From assembly GCF_053078305.1 (NCBI RefSeq), contig NZ_CP166879.1: a DNA stretch of 64,000 bases; one strand, 5' to 3'. The translations under genes were made by a program, and so were the position numbers. The notes beneath the pieces are model-generated. The model was not told the origin of the DNA. It saw nothing but the letters and a program-made list of their open reading frames with translations, and ran no database searches. Positions 10,539-19,295 of this stretch are shown here, piece by piece; positions within the stretch are counted from its first letter, which is position 1, and each line of letters opens with the position of its first letter.

Positions 10539-10752
10539 CCTGTTTACCTCTTTCTCAGGGAGTTTAGTCTCCAGGATTTCCGGGGCGGTTTAACGTTTAT
10601 AACAACTCCGACCATTCAAAATGGCCGGCGGGGTATAAATCCCTATCAATTTAACATTATCTCATTTGACATGAATAACGCCGTTTATCTATTTGTTGCC
10701 CTTTAGCTAGTTCATAGCAACCTAGAAAAATTTATTCGTTGCAATATAAATG

Positions 10753-12300
10753 CTACTTGCGTAGCGATAAAATTGCCCGTGCGGTTTCAGCACGGTTATA
10801 GATCTGCATTTTTTTTATTGCAGCATCCACATCTTCACCGCTTTTCTTATTCAGTTTAATCAGAAACTCAACAGGTAATAGCGAAGCTAAATTTTCAAAT
10901 TTTGATTCAGACCAAGTAATGGTTGCAACAGCCCCTTCAGTTCTCTTAATCATTAGTTTTTTAAGTAATTCTAAACGCTCTGGCTCAACAGTTATATAAC
11001 CAATCGGCAGGGTTAATGCACTATCAGAATTAGGTTGACCGTGGTATTGCACCAAAGCAATCACATCAGGAATTAAGAGGATCTCCAAACGATCAAATTT
11101 AGCCTCTGAAGTAAGGCCAATACCGGTAGGAAAACGACCTAAGTGCCGCTTACGCTCTTGACGTTTTTCACCTTCATCTGCACTTGAGTGTAAAAGCGAA
11201 ATGCGAGCAATCTTATCATCGGCATAATTGCCAAGTATATCGCCTAGAGCGCGAGTAAAACGCGAAAGTTGACTACCATTAGCTCCCCACAGTGGTACTT
11301 TACTGCTATACCACAGCGCTTTTGGAGCTGTTTTACCTATATAATCACGTAATGCATTATGCAACATACTAATGAACAGCTTAGAATTGTGCGGCAAATA
11401 AACAGCCCCTAACATGCCGGTAGTCAATGAAGTACCGTAGCCAGTTTTACGTTGTTCACGAGCCTCTATCCAGCCGGAATAGTTGAACTTATAACCATTA
11501 GCAAATTGTAACAACACTTTATCATTTGCTAGTTTACAGAAATCTTCACAGTCGATACCGAATTCATCTAGTTTATGTTCTCCCAAAAAATCTGCGATAT
11601 GAGCTTCCAGCTCGTTTGAAAGCGGCAGCCGGGTGTTACCTAAATATTCATAGGAACGAGTAAATTTCTGCGGCTCAATGCTCCCAGCAGAAACACCGTA
11701 GCTAACCTCTATCTCTATTGGGAGCTGCACCATCTCATGCGAACTACAGCCCATTATCTTATATAATTTAGTCCGTTGACGCTCATACTCGCTGTTGCGG
11801 CTGAGCAAAAGATGGTGCCGAAACTGGGAACTAAAAGCCTCTGTTACCGCAGCAGCATCTCCCCCGATCTGATGCCGCGGCAATAGCTCTGGCAGTCCAG
11901 AAGTAAAACGACGATTTGGTTGCGGTTTACATATCGAAAGAGTTAGTAGATCGAATGCAACTTCCTCCGTACATTCTTGATATTTAACTAAACTTGGCTT
12001 CCCACCATTATTAGCTGCATGCTTACGTAGGAATGAGCTAGCCTCAATATGCCCATCAGGATTAATGTTGATCAGTCTGTTAGCCAGCAACCCATCAAGC
12101 AATACCTCTCGCTCACGATCAGTTAGACCAAAGTAATTCTGTAACTCGCTGGGATAGAGTTGATCAAAAATCAGCAGCAAGCGACATGCAAACTGTTCAA
12201 TTCCAGGCATCAGTTTTTCAGTGGTCAAAGCGCAGTTGATCTTGTAACTACGCGCAGGTAGTAAAACGGTAATCAGATTACCCAGACGTGGTTCTGACAT
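10753..12300 (-). CDS. Hypothetical 515-aa protein, partner of the NERD-kinase-helicase gene; no motif recognised
   Basis: Long ORF in low-GC DNA; its ATG overlaps the upstream stop (TAATG) indicating translational coupling. No TM segments, P-loop, HKD, HEPN or other signature seen by eye. Confidence 0.7.
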   Translation of the reverse strand: MSEPRLGNLITVLLPARSYKINCALTTEKLMPGIEQFACRLLLIFDQLYPSELQNYFGLTDREREVLLDGLLANRLININPDGHIEASSFLRKHAANNGGKPSLVKYQECTEEVAFDLLTLSICKPQPNRRFTSGLPELLPRHQIGGDAAAVTEAFSSQFRHHLLLSRNSEYERQRTKLYKIMGCSSHEMVQLPIEIEVSYGVSAGSIEPQKFTRSYEYLGNTRLPLSNELEAHIADFLGEHKLDEFGIDCEDFCKLANDKVLLQFANGYKFNYSGWIEAREQRKTGYGTSLTTGMLGAVYLPHNSKLFISMLHNALRDYIGKTAPKALWYSSKVPLWGANGSQLSRFTRALGDILGNYADDKIARISLLHSSADEGEKRQERKRHLGRFPTGIGLTSEAKFDRLEILLIPDVIALVQYHGQPNSDSALTLPIGYITVEPERLELLKKLMIKRTEGAVATITWSESKFENLASLLPVEFLIKLNKKSGEDVDAAIKKMQIYNRAETARAILSLRK

Positions 12301-15300
12301 TAGTTGTTATCTCCAAGCAGACTTTGACCACACAGGATTTGGTAGTTGGGTTCATCTACTGCAACCTGTTTACTAATAAATTCATGAACGTTTCCAAGTG
12401 CTGAATCATTATTGGTCTTTGACCACATACGCCTTGCTCCCAGAATCAATAACCTTTCTTGAGCTCGCGAAATAGCAACGTTTATTCGCGGCGCGTCGCG
12501 CAGGAAACCTTGTAGTTTGTTGGGATTATCGCGAACCAGACTGAGGATAATTATCTTGTTTTCCTGGCCCTGATATGAATCAACGGTATCGATCTTGATC
12601 AAACCACGTAACGATGCAGCCCATTCAGCCCGACTGATAGCATTGTCAATTTCCTCTTTTTGCTGACGATACATTGTGATTATACCAATAGGATATGGCT
12701 GTTCTGTGGTAATAGTTTGCTCAAGCTGTGCAATGCAGCCATCACTCGACAATGACTGCAAAGCCTCTAGCAGTAGCCGGACTTCTCGTTGATTATAGTA
12801 ACGACCATTACCCTTATGTTCTTCTGCACCTGCTTCATTAGGGCTCGAACTATCGATCCAAGTAACAGTTTTGTTCCAAGGGATTGGTAACTTGGAATAC
12901 CAATCTGGCGAGACTTTCCTCGATGAATGCAGTTTACCGATATCTTGAGCGTAAAAGCACTCCGATACTAACTCGCCAATTGGTTCTACCATTCGATATT
13001 GAGTATCGAGTGTTACGCCGCCTGTTGCTTTAAAAGCACGTTCAAAATCAGACTCATAAAAGATCCCTTTCCCGAGTTCTAATTTCTTAGAGGCTAACTT
13101 AAGATGCTGTTGATGATAGAATGGTGGCAATTGTTTATGATCCCCTACCAACAGCACCCGCTTGCCTGATTGCAGCGCTACCATCAATTCAGCAGCTTGT
13201 GCTCGGCCAGCCTCATCAACTATTACCCAATCAAAGCTGGACTCAGCTAGTTCTAGTCGACGATTCCCAACACCAACAAGAGTTCCACAAACCAATCGCT
13301 TACTTTTGAACATAAATCGATCAAATCCAGCCTCGCCGCCGCGTAATACATCCATCCACTCTTGGCTCATTTCCAATAGCTGCATAAAACGTTCAAGGTT
13401 CTCTGGATTGTTATAATTGTATTGTATGGCAACTTGCTCAGCCAACTGTCTTATCAAGGTTTCATCATAGACAAGAGTTTTCAGCAAGCTGTCATCGAAT
13501 ATTGAGTTAATAATTTCTTGTGTTCGCAGTTTAAGCTGATTGCTTTGTTCTAATAATTCAGCCAGTCGCTCTTGATGACTAATACTACTACTCTTTATTT
13601 GTTCTACTTTATCCAGCTCACGGCTATATTGGCCATATGTCACCATCAAGGGATTCAGCGTACGATGTAACTGACATAACTGTTGGACTAATAATGGGGC
13701 CATCCCTAGGCGCTTTCCTAGGGAGCTAACTCGCAGATCATATTCACGGTGAAATTTATGCTGAATCTGTCGCTGAAGAGCTTTAGTTGCAACACTTAGC
13801 ATACCCTCATCAATCATAAGTTCATTACCAATACGTACTGTATCCAGTTCCATTCCTTTCGTATGGCAGAGCTCTCGAGCCTTGATGGCTACATTATCAA
13901 CAGAGGCATGGGATTGCCCGACCAAAAGAATGTTATTCACACCGCAATGTTGATACAGATAGTGAATAAATTTTGAAATAAATGTTGTTTTACCTGTTCC
14001 AGGTGGTCCCTGCAGAACTCCAACTGGTCCAAACTCGACCAACTGTTGAAATGCCATTAGCTGCTGTTCATTAAAACGTTGTCCAGGCTGATCATAAAGT
14101 GCGCGTAATGTCTCCGCGGATGGCCGCGGTTGCATTTGCTGCATGCAGGGTTTCTGGTGGTAATCAAAATACTGTGGCAGATGCTGGATCTCTGCTTTGT
14201 TTTCAATTACCCGTTGAAGGGCTCTTTGACGCAACTCTCTTGATGATTTGTCACGGATCGATTCCAATTGTAGCTGGCTGCCGCTACTAATTCGCTTACG
14301 AGCAGCATCAAAATCAAAGCGAATAGCCAATAGACTCGGCGTAGTCTCACTTAGCTGCAATTCCCCTAATTGCACTGATTCACGCTTATCTTTAATATAA
14401 ACAATGATCTTATCATCAAGTTCAAAGCTGAGGTCAGCACCGGATTCCGTAGTATATGGGTAGAGTAAGCAACCACTCGGTGATTCCTGAAAGTCAGTAG
14501 AGTCGATGTTGACTATATCTCGTAGGTCTACTTCTGTATCAGATAATGCCTGCCATAACTCAATTGGGCTTGACTCACTACTATCGAAGTCATCTTCATC
14601 CATCTCTTGATTAGGATTAGCTCGCTCAATGATGGCATCAATTACTGGCTCGAGGTTAAACAGTAGTTCAATAAAAGTATTACGCTGATTAAGTGAGCCA
14701 CGTTGTAATGAAAGTTGAGTATTAATTTTAGCCTGGGAATATTTACCAGCCTTTATACTTTCTTCGATCGATAATCCTTTTTCATACACTATTCTATTAA
14801 TAGTGCGATTATCAGGATCTAAGTCTATCAATAGCCGCTCTCCTAGGCCAGTGATGTAACAACGCAATTCATGCGCAAAGCGTGGGTTAGATGACCAGTT
14901 ACATTGAAAATAATAGATCCCATCATTTTGTTCTAGAAGCTTCACTTCTTGCGGCCAATCATCTGTGCCCCAGCAAACAGGAATTACCTTATCCTGTGAC
15001 TCAGACGCCACAACTTGATTAATCTCAGCTTGTTCCGGTGCTCGAATTGACTGCAGCAAAGGATCGAGCGCGATAGGTATACCGTCAACGGTTTGTTTTG
15101 CGCGTTCTAGCTCAGCCTGCACCAGTACTGGCATATCTTCACTAAATAGCTCCTCCACCATACGATATACTGCAAAGCAATCTCGCCCAAAAGCATCAGT
15201 ACTTTCGGGATTCTCTGGCTGGTAGCGATTATCTGCAGTTAATTCATCACTGAATTCAAGCAATCCAATCAGAGTAATTACTGTCTGCTCCCCGACTTGT

Positions 15301-17258
15301 ACCAGCAGTTTCTCTGGGCAAAGATCTCCATGAGGTAACTGCTTTTCATGAAAAGCATGAATGGTGTTGATCAACTTTTCCGCAATTGTAAAACGTTGGG
15401 ATTGTACTAACACGTTCTCAGCAATAAACTGTGACCACGGTAGGCCATCCACATACTCGCTCACTACATACAAGCCGCCTTGTCCTAATAGTCCATAGGA
15501 CTGCACCTTAGGAGTTGGCAGATTTATATGCGTAAGCTTATCGATCCGTTGCTTAAAAGCGTGGATACGGCGGTTAACACCAGGTTGTTGAGGGGTCAAA
15601 ATAACACCATCCCACAATTTTACCTGCAGAGCTTTCCCACCTTGTTCACAGTGATAACTGATGCTGCCAGTCGTAGCAATAGCAGCAAGAGCAGAGTAAA
15701 CCATAGACAACTGTTCAGGAAGTGGAGGAAACTCAATTAACACACCAACGCTGTTCATCCCTTCGCGAAAGAATTTGTTTTGCTTTAATTCTTGATAAAT
15801 CTGGTTAGCTTCATCAAATTCTTGGCTATGTTCCTTAGTAGCTGCATTAAACTCATTGAGCATTATGTCCGCACGTGGAAAGCGTTTACTTGGCTCAAGG
15901 TTAAGAGCTTGCTCAAACCAGCTATTTAGAATACCGCTAAAAGGATCAGTTAATGGAGCTCTCCATTCAGGCATCTGTCCAGGAGTCAGTAATGATTCAC
16001 CTGCAAAACAAATACGATAAGCAATTACAGCCAACATGAATACATCTAGGCGATAGGGCTCAACTGCTTCTTCAAAAGCATCTTCGGGCAAAATATATGG
16101 AGCACTTTGCAATGTCGGACGCAATGACTCTAGGCTATTATGTCCCTCCAGTGAGGCTGCGCCAAAGCCAGTAACGACAATGCTCTTCTGATCCCCTGCG
16201 TACCATAGATTGTGCGGGTCAATATCACAATGACTGATACCCAAGCTATGTAATTCCGAGAATGGAGCTAATAATGCACGAACGCGATCAATACGCTCAG
16301 ATTTACTCCATCCGTCAGCTTCGCTATCTAGAATCTCATCTAATCGGCTAAAACTACGGCGTAACTCATACAGCTCACGGGCATCATCAGTTATATCCTC
16401 CTCGGATAGTTCCCTTACAGCACGCAACATATAATCCTGCATAGTTGCGCTGCCATGACGAACTAGGCGACCGACTCGAGTCTCACGCAGAGCTATCTCA
16501 GCCCACAATGTTTGCATTGCGTTTGCTACACCCAAGGCATCAAAGTTCCACTGCCGTAGCAGACCTCTGTGTTGACTATTGTCTTTGTGGGTAGCCCTGA
16601 ATTCGTTGTAGACCATGTGAGGGTGACTAAAGAATGGCTTATCGTTCGCAAGATAACCGCTTTCTTTTAGTGGCAAAGGCCTGACTTTTGGTCCTTCAAA
16701 GAAGGACTTAATTATAGGTAATGCCTCATCAGAATTTGGTCGAGGCTTTCCCCCTTCAAAAAGATGAAAAAAGTTAGTGTGTTGCACCAGCTTTTCGTAA
16801 TTTTTTGGGTTACCTATAGTCAAGAATTCATCACGGGTATGAACATAGCGCCTCTCACTTAATGGCAAGTTTTCAGGACCAGCTGTGCCACACAGCACTA
16901 CATGAGCCTCAACATGCAAAAAGTAACCCAGCTTACGAGATAACTCTTCCTGCAACAAATCTTTTAGTCGCAGTGCATGCTCACGCTTGATCTGATAGGG
17001 ACTTTTGCCTCGTGACTTACCATTTTGCAGCCACTTCCCCCCTTCAAATGTGATGTTACCATTCCACTCTTTAAGCTCGACTAATAGCAGACGGTCAGCA
17101 GTAATAATTAGCATATCGATTTCCATCGACCCTTGGCTATCAGTAACAACTAAGCCAGCATAGCCAAACCAACTATCTGGTAACTGCTTAACCATCATAT
17201 CAACTGTTTTGGTTTCGCTGCGGTGCAGGCCAGCACCACCTACTATCTGATACTTCAC
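12300..17258 (-). CDS. 1652-aa multidomain protein: NERD (PD-(D/E)xK-like) domain, two protein-kinase-like domains, Upf1/DNA2-like SF1 helicase
   Basis: GTG start with GGAG about 9 nt upstream; NERD-like EIDMLIIT...LLVELKEW (aa 45-64); kinase-like catalytic loops HCDIDPHNLW (aa 343-352, then TGFGAA) and HGDLCPEKLLV (aa 643-653); helicase Walker A GPPGTGKTT (aa 1085-1093), Walker B VIVDEAGRA (aa 1345-1353), VGDHKQLPP, DSYQGQE, NVAISRAQERL. Confidence 0.75.
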   Translation of the reverse strand: MKYQIVGGAGLHRSETKTVDMMVKQLPDSWFGYAGLVVTDSQGSMEIDMLIITADRLLLVELKEWNGNITFEGGKWLQNGKSRGKSPYQIKREHALRLKDLLQEELSRKLGYFLHVEAHVVLCGTAGPENLPLSERRYVHTRDEFLTIGNPKNYEKLVQHTNFFHLFEGGKPRPNSDEALPIIKSFFEGPKVRPLPLKESGYLANDKPFFSHPHMVYNEFRATHKDNSQHRGLLRQWNFDALGVANAMQTLWAEIALRETRVGRLVRHGSATMQDYMLRAVRELSEEDITDDARELYELRRSFSRLDEILDSEADGWSKSERIDRVRALLAPFSELHSLGISHCDIDPHNLWYAGDQKSIVVTGFGAASLEGHNSLESLRPTLQSAPYILPEDAFEEAVEPYRLDVFMLAVIAYRICFAGESLLTPGQMPEWRAPLTDPFSGILNSWFEQALNLEPSKRFPRADIMLNEFNAATKEHSQEFDEANQIYQELKQNKFFREGMNSVGVLIEFPPLPEQLSMVYSALAAIATTGSISYHCEQGGKALQVKLWDGVILTPQQPGVNRRIHAFKQRIDKLTHINLPTPKVQSYGLLGQGGLYVVSEYVDGLPWSQFIAENVLVQSQRFTIAEKLINTIHAFHEKQLPHGDLCPEKLLVQVGEQTVITLIGLLEFSDELTADNRYQPENPESTDAFGRDCFAVYRMVEELFSEDMPVLVQAELERAKQTVDGIPIALDPLLQSIRAPEQAEINQVVASESQDKVIPVCWGTDDWPQEVKLLEQNDGIYYFQCNWSSNPRFAHELRCYITGLGERLLIDLDPDNRTINRIVYEKGLSIEESIKAGKYSQAKINTQLSLQRGSLNQRNTFIELLFNLEPVIDAIIERANPNQEMDEDDFDSSESSPIELWQALSDTEVDLRDIVNIDSTDFQESPSGCLLYPYTTESGADLSFELDDKIIVYIKDKRESVQLGELQLSETTPSLLAIRFDFDAARKRISSGSQLQLESIRDKSSRELRQRALQRVIENKAEIQHLPQYFDYHQKPCMQQMQPRPSAETLRALYDQPGQRFNEQQLMAFQQLVEFGPVGVLQGPPGTGKTTFISKFIHYLYQHCGVNNILLVGQSHASVDNVAIKARELCHTKGMELDTVRIGNELMIDEGMLSVATKALQRQIQHKFHREYDLRVSSLGKRLGMAPLLVQQLCQLHRTLNPLMVTYGQYSRELDKVEQIKSSSISHQERLAELLEQSNQLKLRTQEIINSIFDDSLLKTLVYDETLIRQLAEQVAIQYNYNNPENLERFMQLLEMSQEWMDVLRGGEAGFDRFMFKSKRLVCGTLVGVGNRRLELAESSFDWVIVDEAGRAQAAELMVALQSGKRVLLVGDHKQLPPFYHQQHLKLASKKLELGKGIFYESDFERAFKATGGVTLDTQYRMVEPIGELVSECFYAQDIGKLHSSRKVSPDWYSKLPIPWNKTVTWIDSSSPNEAGAEEHKGNGRYYNQREVRLLLEALQSLSSDGCIAQLEQTITTEQPYPIGIITMYRQQKEEIDNAISRAEWAASLRGLIKIDTVDSYQGQENKIIILSLVRDNPNKLQGFLRDAPRINVAISRAQERLLILGARRMWSKTNNDSALGNVHEFISKQVAVDEPNYQILCGQSLLGDNN

Positions 17259-17468
17259 GTTTTCTCCTGCACCACTAAATTTTTGTTGGTGGTAGTCCAG
17301 TAAAAATGGATGTAGTTATCTAAGACAGCGCATAGATTGTGCCTGCCTAACCCTAAAAAGTGTAATTATGAAAAGTAACGCTAGAAATTCTATACCGTTC
17401 GCAAAGAGAACACTTTTCAAAGATATATCATCATCTTGAACATGTCACTATAATGGTGAATCCATAAG

Positions 17469-17630
17469 ATGCGAACACCACATCTTGTGCCACTCAGCAA
17501 ACAGGCTGTAGCCATACTGATAAAACTTCAGACATGGGCAGTTGAAAATGGTCTGGTCTTTACGGGAGCACATGACCCGCGTAAACCAATCAGCGAAAAC
17601 ACCGTAAATAAGGCCCTTAGGTGCCCTTGA
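17469..17630 (+). pseudogene. Tyrosine-recombinase (phage integrase) C-terminal fragment, about 53 codons
   Basis: Translates to MRTPHLVPLSKQAVAILIKLQTWAVENGLVFTGAHDPRKPISENTVNKALRCP*, resembling the integrase segment around the catalytic region; no N-terminal part present. Confidence 0.35.
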
Positions 17631-17725
17631 ACCACTATATCCAGACAGCCGTTGAGCTTAAGTTAACGTTACCGAGTGACGTTGATATTCCCTCGGTGAG
17701 AGATAACCAAGGCACCATGAGGATG

Positions 17726-18353
17726 CTATTCGTTATAGTGTTCGAACGCCTCCGCAAGGTTTTTTACTGCCGTTAACACGTCCGGTTTAGGTATGATACT
17801 GATGTAATCGCTCTTCATCGTTTTCACGAACCGTTCTCTCATTCCATTACTCTGAGGGCTACTGACTGCCGTCGTGCAGAGCTCCAGATTCAACTCTCTG
17901 GCGAACTGCCGTGTTTCATGAGTTGTATAAGCCGAACCGTTATCGGTCAGCCACTGGATGGGCCATCCCGGTCTATCGCCAAAGCGTTTTTCTATCGCTC
18001 CTGACATGACATCCTGCACCGTTGCTTTGCCATAACCTCCCGTGCTTGCGGCCCAGTCTATGGATTCAAGATCGCAACAGTCCAGTGCGAACGTGACACG
18101 CAGTTTTTCGTCATCATCACAACCGAACTCAAAGCCATCGGCACACCAGCGCGGGTCGCTTTCCTTCACCGATATTCGGGCCTTTATGTTCCCTCTGCGG
18201 TCGTGAAGGTTTGTCATGTAATAACAACAGGTTATTCTCGCTCATTATTCGATAAACGCGATTTGCATTCACGAACTGCAGTCCTTCGTTAAGACTGCCG
18301 TCTGAGAATAGCCCAGACACGACGATAGCCATCGAATCGCTGAACAGCGTCAT
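17726..18353 (-). pseudogene. IS2-like (IS3 family) transposase OrfB remnant, truncated and frameshifted
   Basis: 163-aa ORF contains [10 protein letters not shown]...WLTDNGS...AEAFEHYNE resembling IS2 InsD; the upstream 74-aa ORF in another frame carries the adjacent NANRVYRIM segment. Confidence 0.6.
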
Positions 18354-18459
18354 TCGGCAGGCGATAAAGAAGGTGTCGTTACGGGGAAGTCATCTTCACA
18401 GAGATTTTCAGTCAGTTAGCATTACCGACATTCATTCACCAACTTACCGGAGATAATCA

Positions 18460-18789
18460 ATGTCAAAACCCCGATGGACCATTGAACAGAAAAGGCAGCA
18501 CGTTGCTGCCTGGCGCGCCAGTGGTCTTACACGTCAGCAATACTGTGAACTCAACGATATTCCCTTCACATCACTTCGCGAATGGCCGCAGGATGTCGCA
18601 AAAGCTGAACGCCGGGCAAATGAACCGACCGTTCTTCCCGTTCATATTGCGCCACCACTGCATGCTGATGTACCACAGCCCGTCACGAATGAGCCAGTCA
18701 CGCTCTTCCTTCCCGGCGGAGTACGGATGTGCTGTCAGCCGTCACAACTTACCGATGTCTTCAGGGCGCTCAAATATGCTCAGTCCTGA
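18460..18789 (+). CDS. IS66-family element B, OrfA-like (HTH), 109 aa
   Basis: Small HTH-like ORF immediately upstream of an IS66 TnpB-like ORF in the typical overlapping arrangement. Confidence 0.5.
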   Translation: MSKPRWTIEQKRQHVAAWRASGLTRQQYCELNDIPFTSLREWPQDVAKAERRANEPTVLPVHIAPPLHADVPQPVTNEPVTLFLPGGVRMCCQPSQLTDVFRALKYAQS

Positions 18790-19168
18790 TAATGTCTTCA
18801 TCGCGATTAAACCTGTTGACATGCGCCGGGGCATCGACACACTGACGCAGTATATACAGGATGAACTCCGGTCGACATGGCATGAGGGAGCCGCCTTCGT
18901 CTTTGTTAACAAAGTCCGTTCGCGTATCAAAGTTCTCCGGTGGGATAAACACGGGGTGTGGTTGTGTACCCGCCGTCTGCACAAAGGCAGCTTCCGCTGG
19001 CCACGTGCAAATGATGCTGCCTGGCACCTCACTCCCGACGAGTTTAACTGGCTGATTGCCGGTGTTGACTGGCAGCAGGTTAAGGGACATGACCTGACGA
19101 AATGGGGCTGGCAGAATGAACCTGAACTGCGCCCTGAAAACACGCAAAATACACTGCTAACTCAGTGA
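18776..19168 (+). CDS. IS66-family element B, OrfB (TnpB-like), about 130 aa
   Basis: MLSPDNVFIAIKPVDMRRGIDTL... typical IS66 OrfB; ATG overlaps the orfA stop (ATGCTCAGTCCTGA). The 228-aa ORF in the track is an upstream extension of this frame. Confidence 0.65.
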   Translation: MLSPDNVFIAIKPVDMRRGIDTLTQYIQDELRSTWHEGAAFVFVNKVRSRIKVLRWDKHGVWLCTRRLHKGSFRWPRANDAAWHLTPDEFNWLIAGVDWQQVKGHDLTKWGWQNEPELRPENTQNTLLTQ

Positions 19169-19295
19169 AAAATAATGAATATCCGTATCCGGAGTGGTAT
19201 ACTCCCCTGTATGGATATCTCCGCTCTCAACACCACGAATGACATCGAAAAACTGCGTGCTATGGGTAAGCGTCAACGGAGCACCGTATTGACGC

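Larger units (their letters stand above)
9957..10598 (-). mobile_element. IS629/IS1203-like element with internal deletion (about 642 bp retained)
   Basis: Both recalled IS629 ends present (..GGGGCGGTTCA at 9957 in reverse complement; end at about 10598); intact orfA; orfB joined directly to the terminal about 24 bp after codon 77. Confidence 0.7.

Noticed and set aside
13121-15740. Short plus-strand ORFs inside the giant helicase gene
   Set aside because: Fully contained in the antisense strand of a 5-kb coding region with strong domain signatures; no independent support.
18482-19168. 228-aa ORF spanning IS66 orfA and orfB
   Set aside because: It is the orfB frame extended upstream through orfA; the real orfB most likely starts at the ATG at 18776 overlapping the orfA stop.
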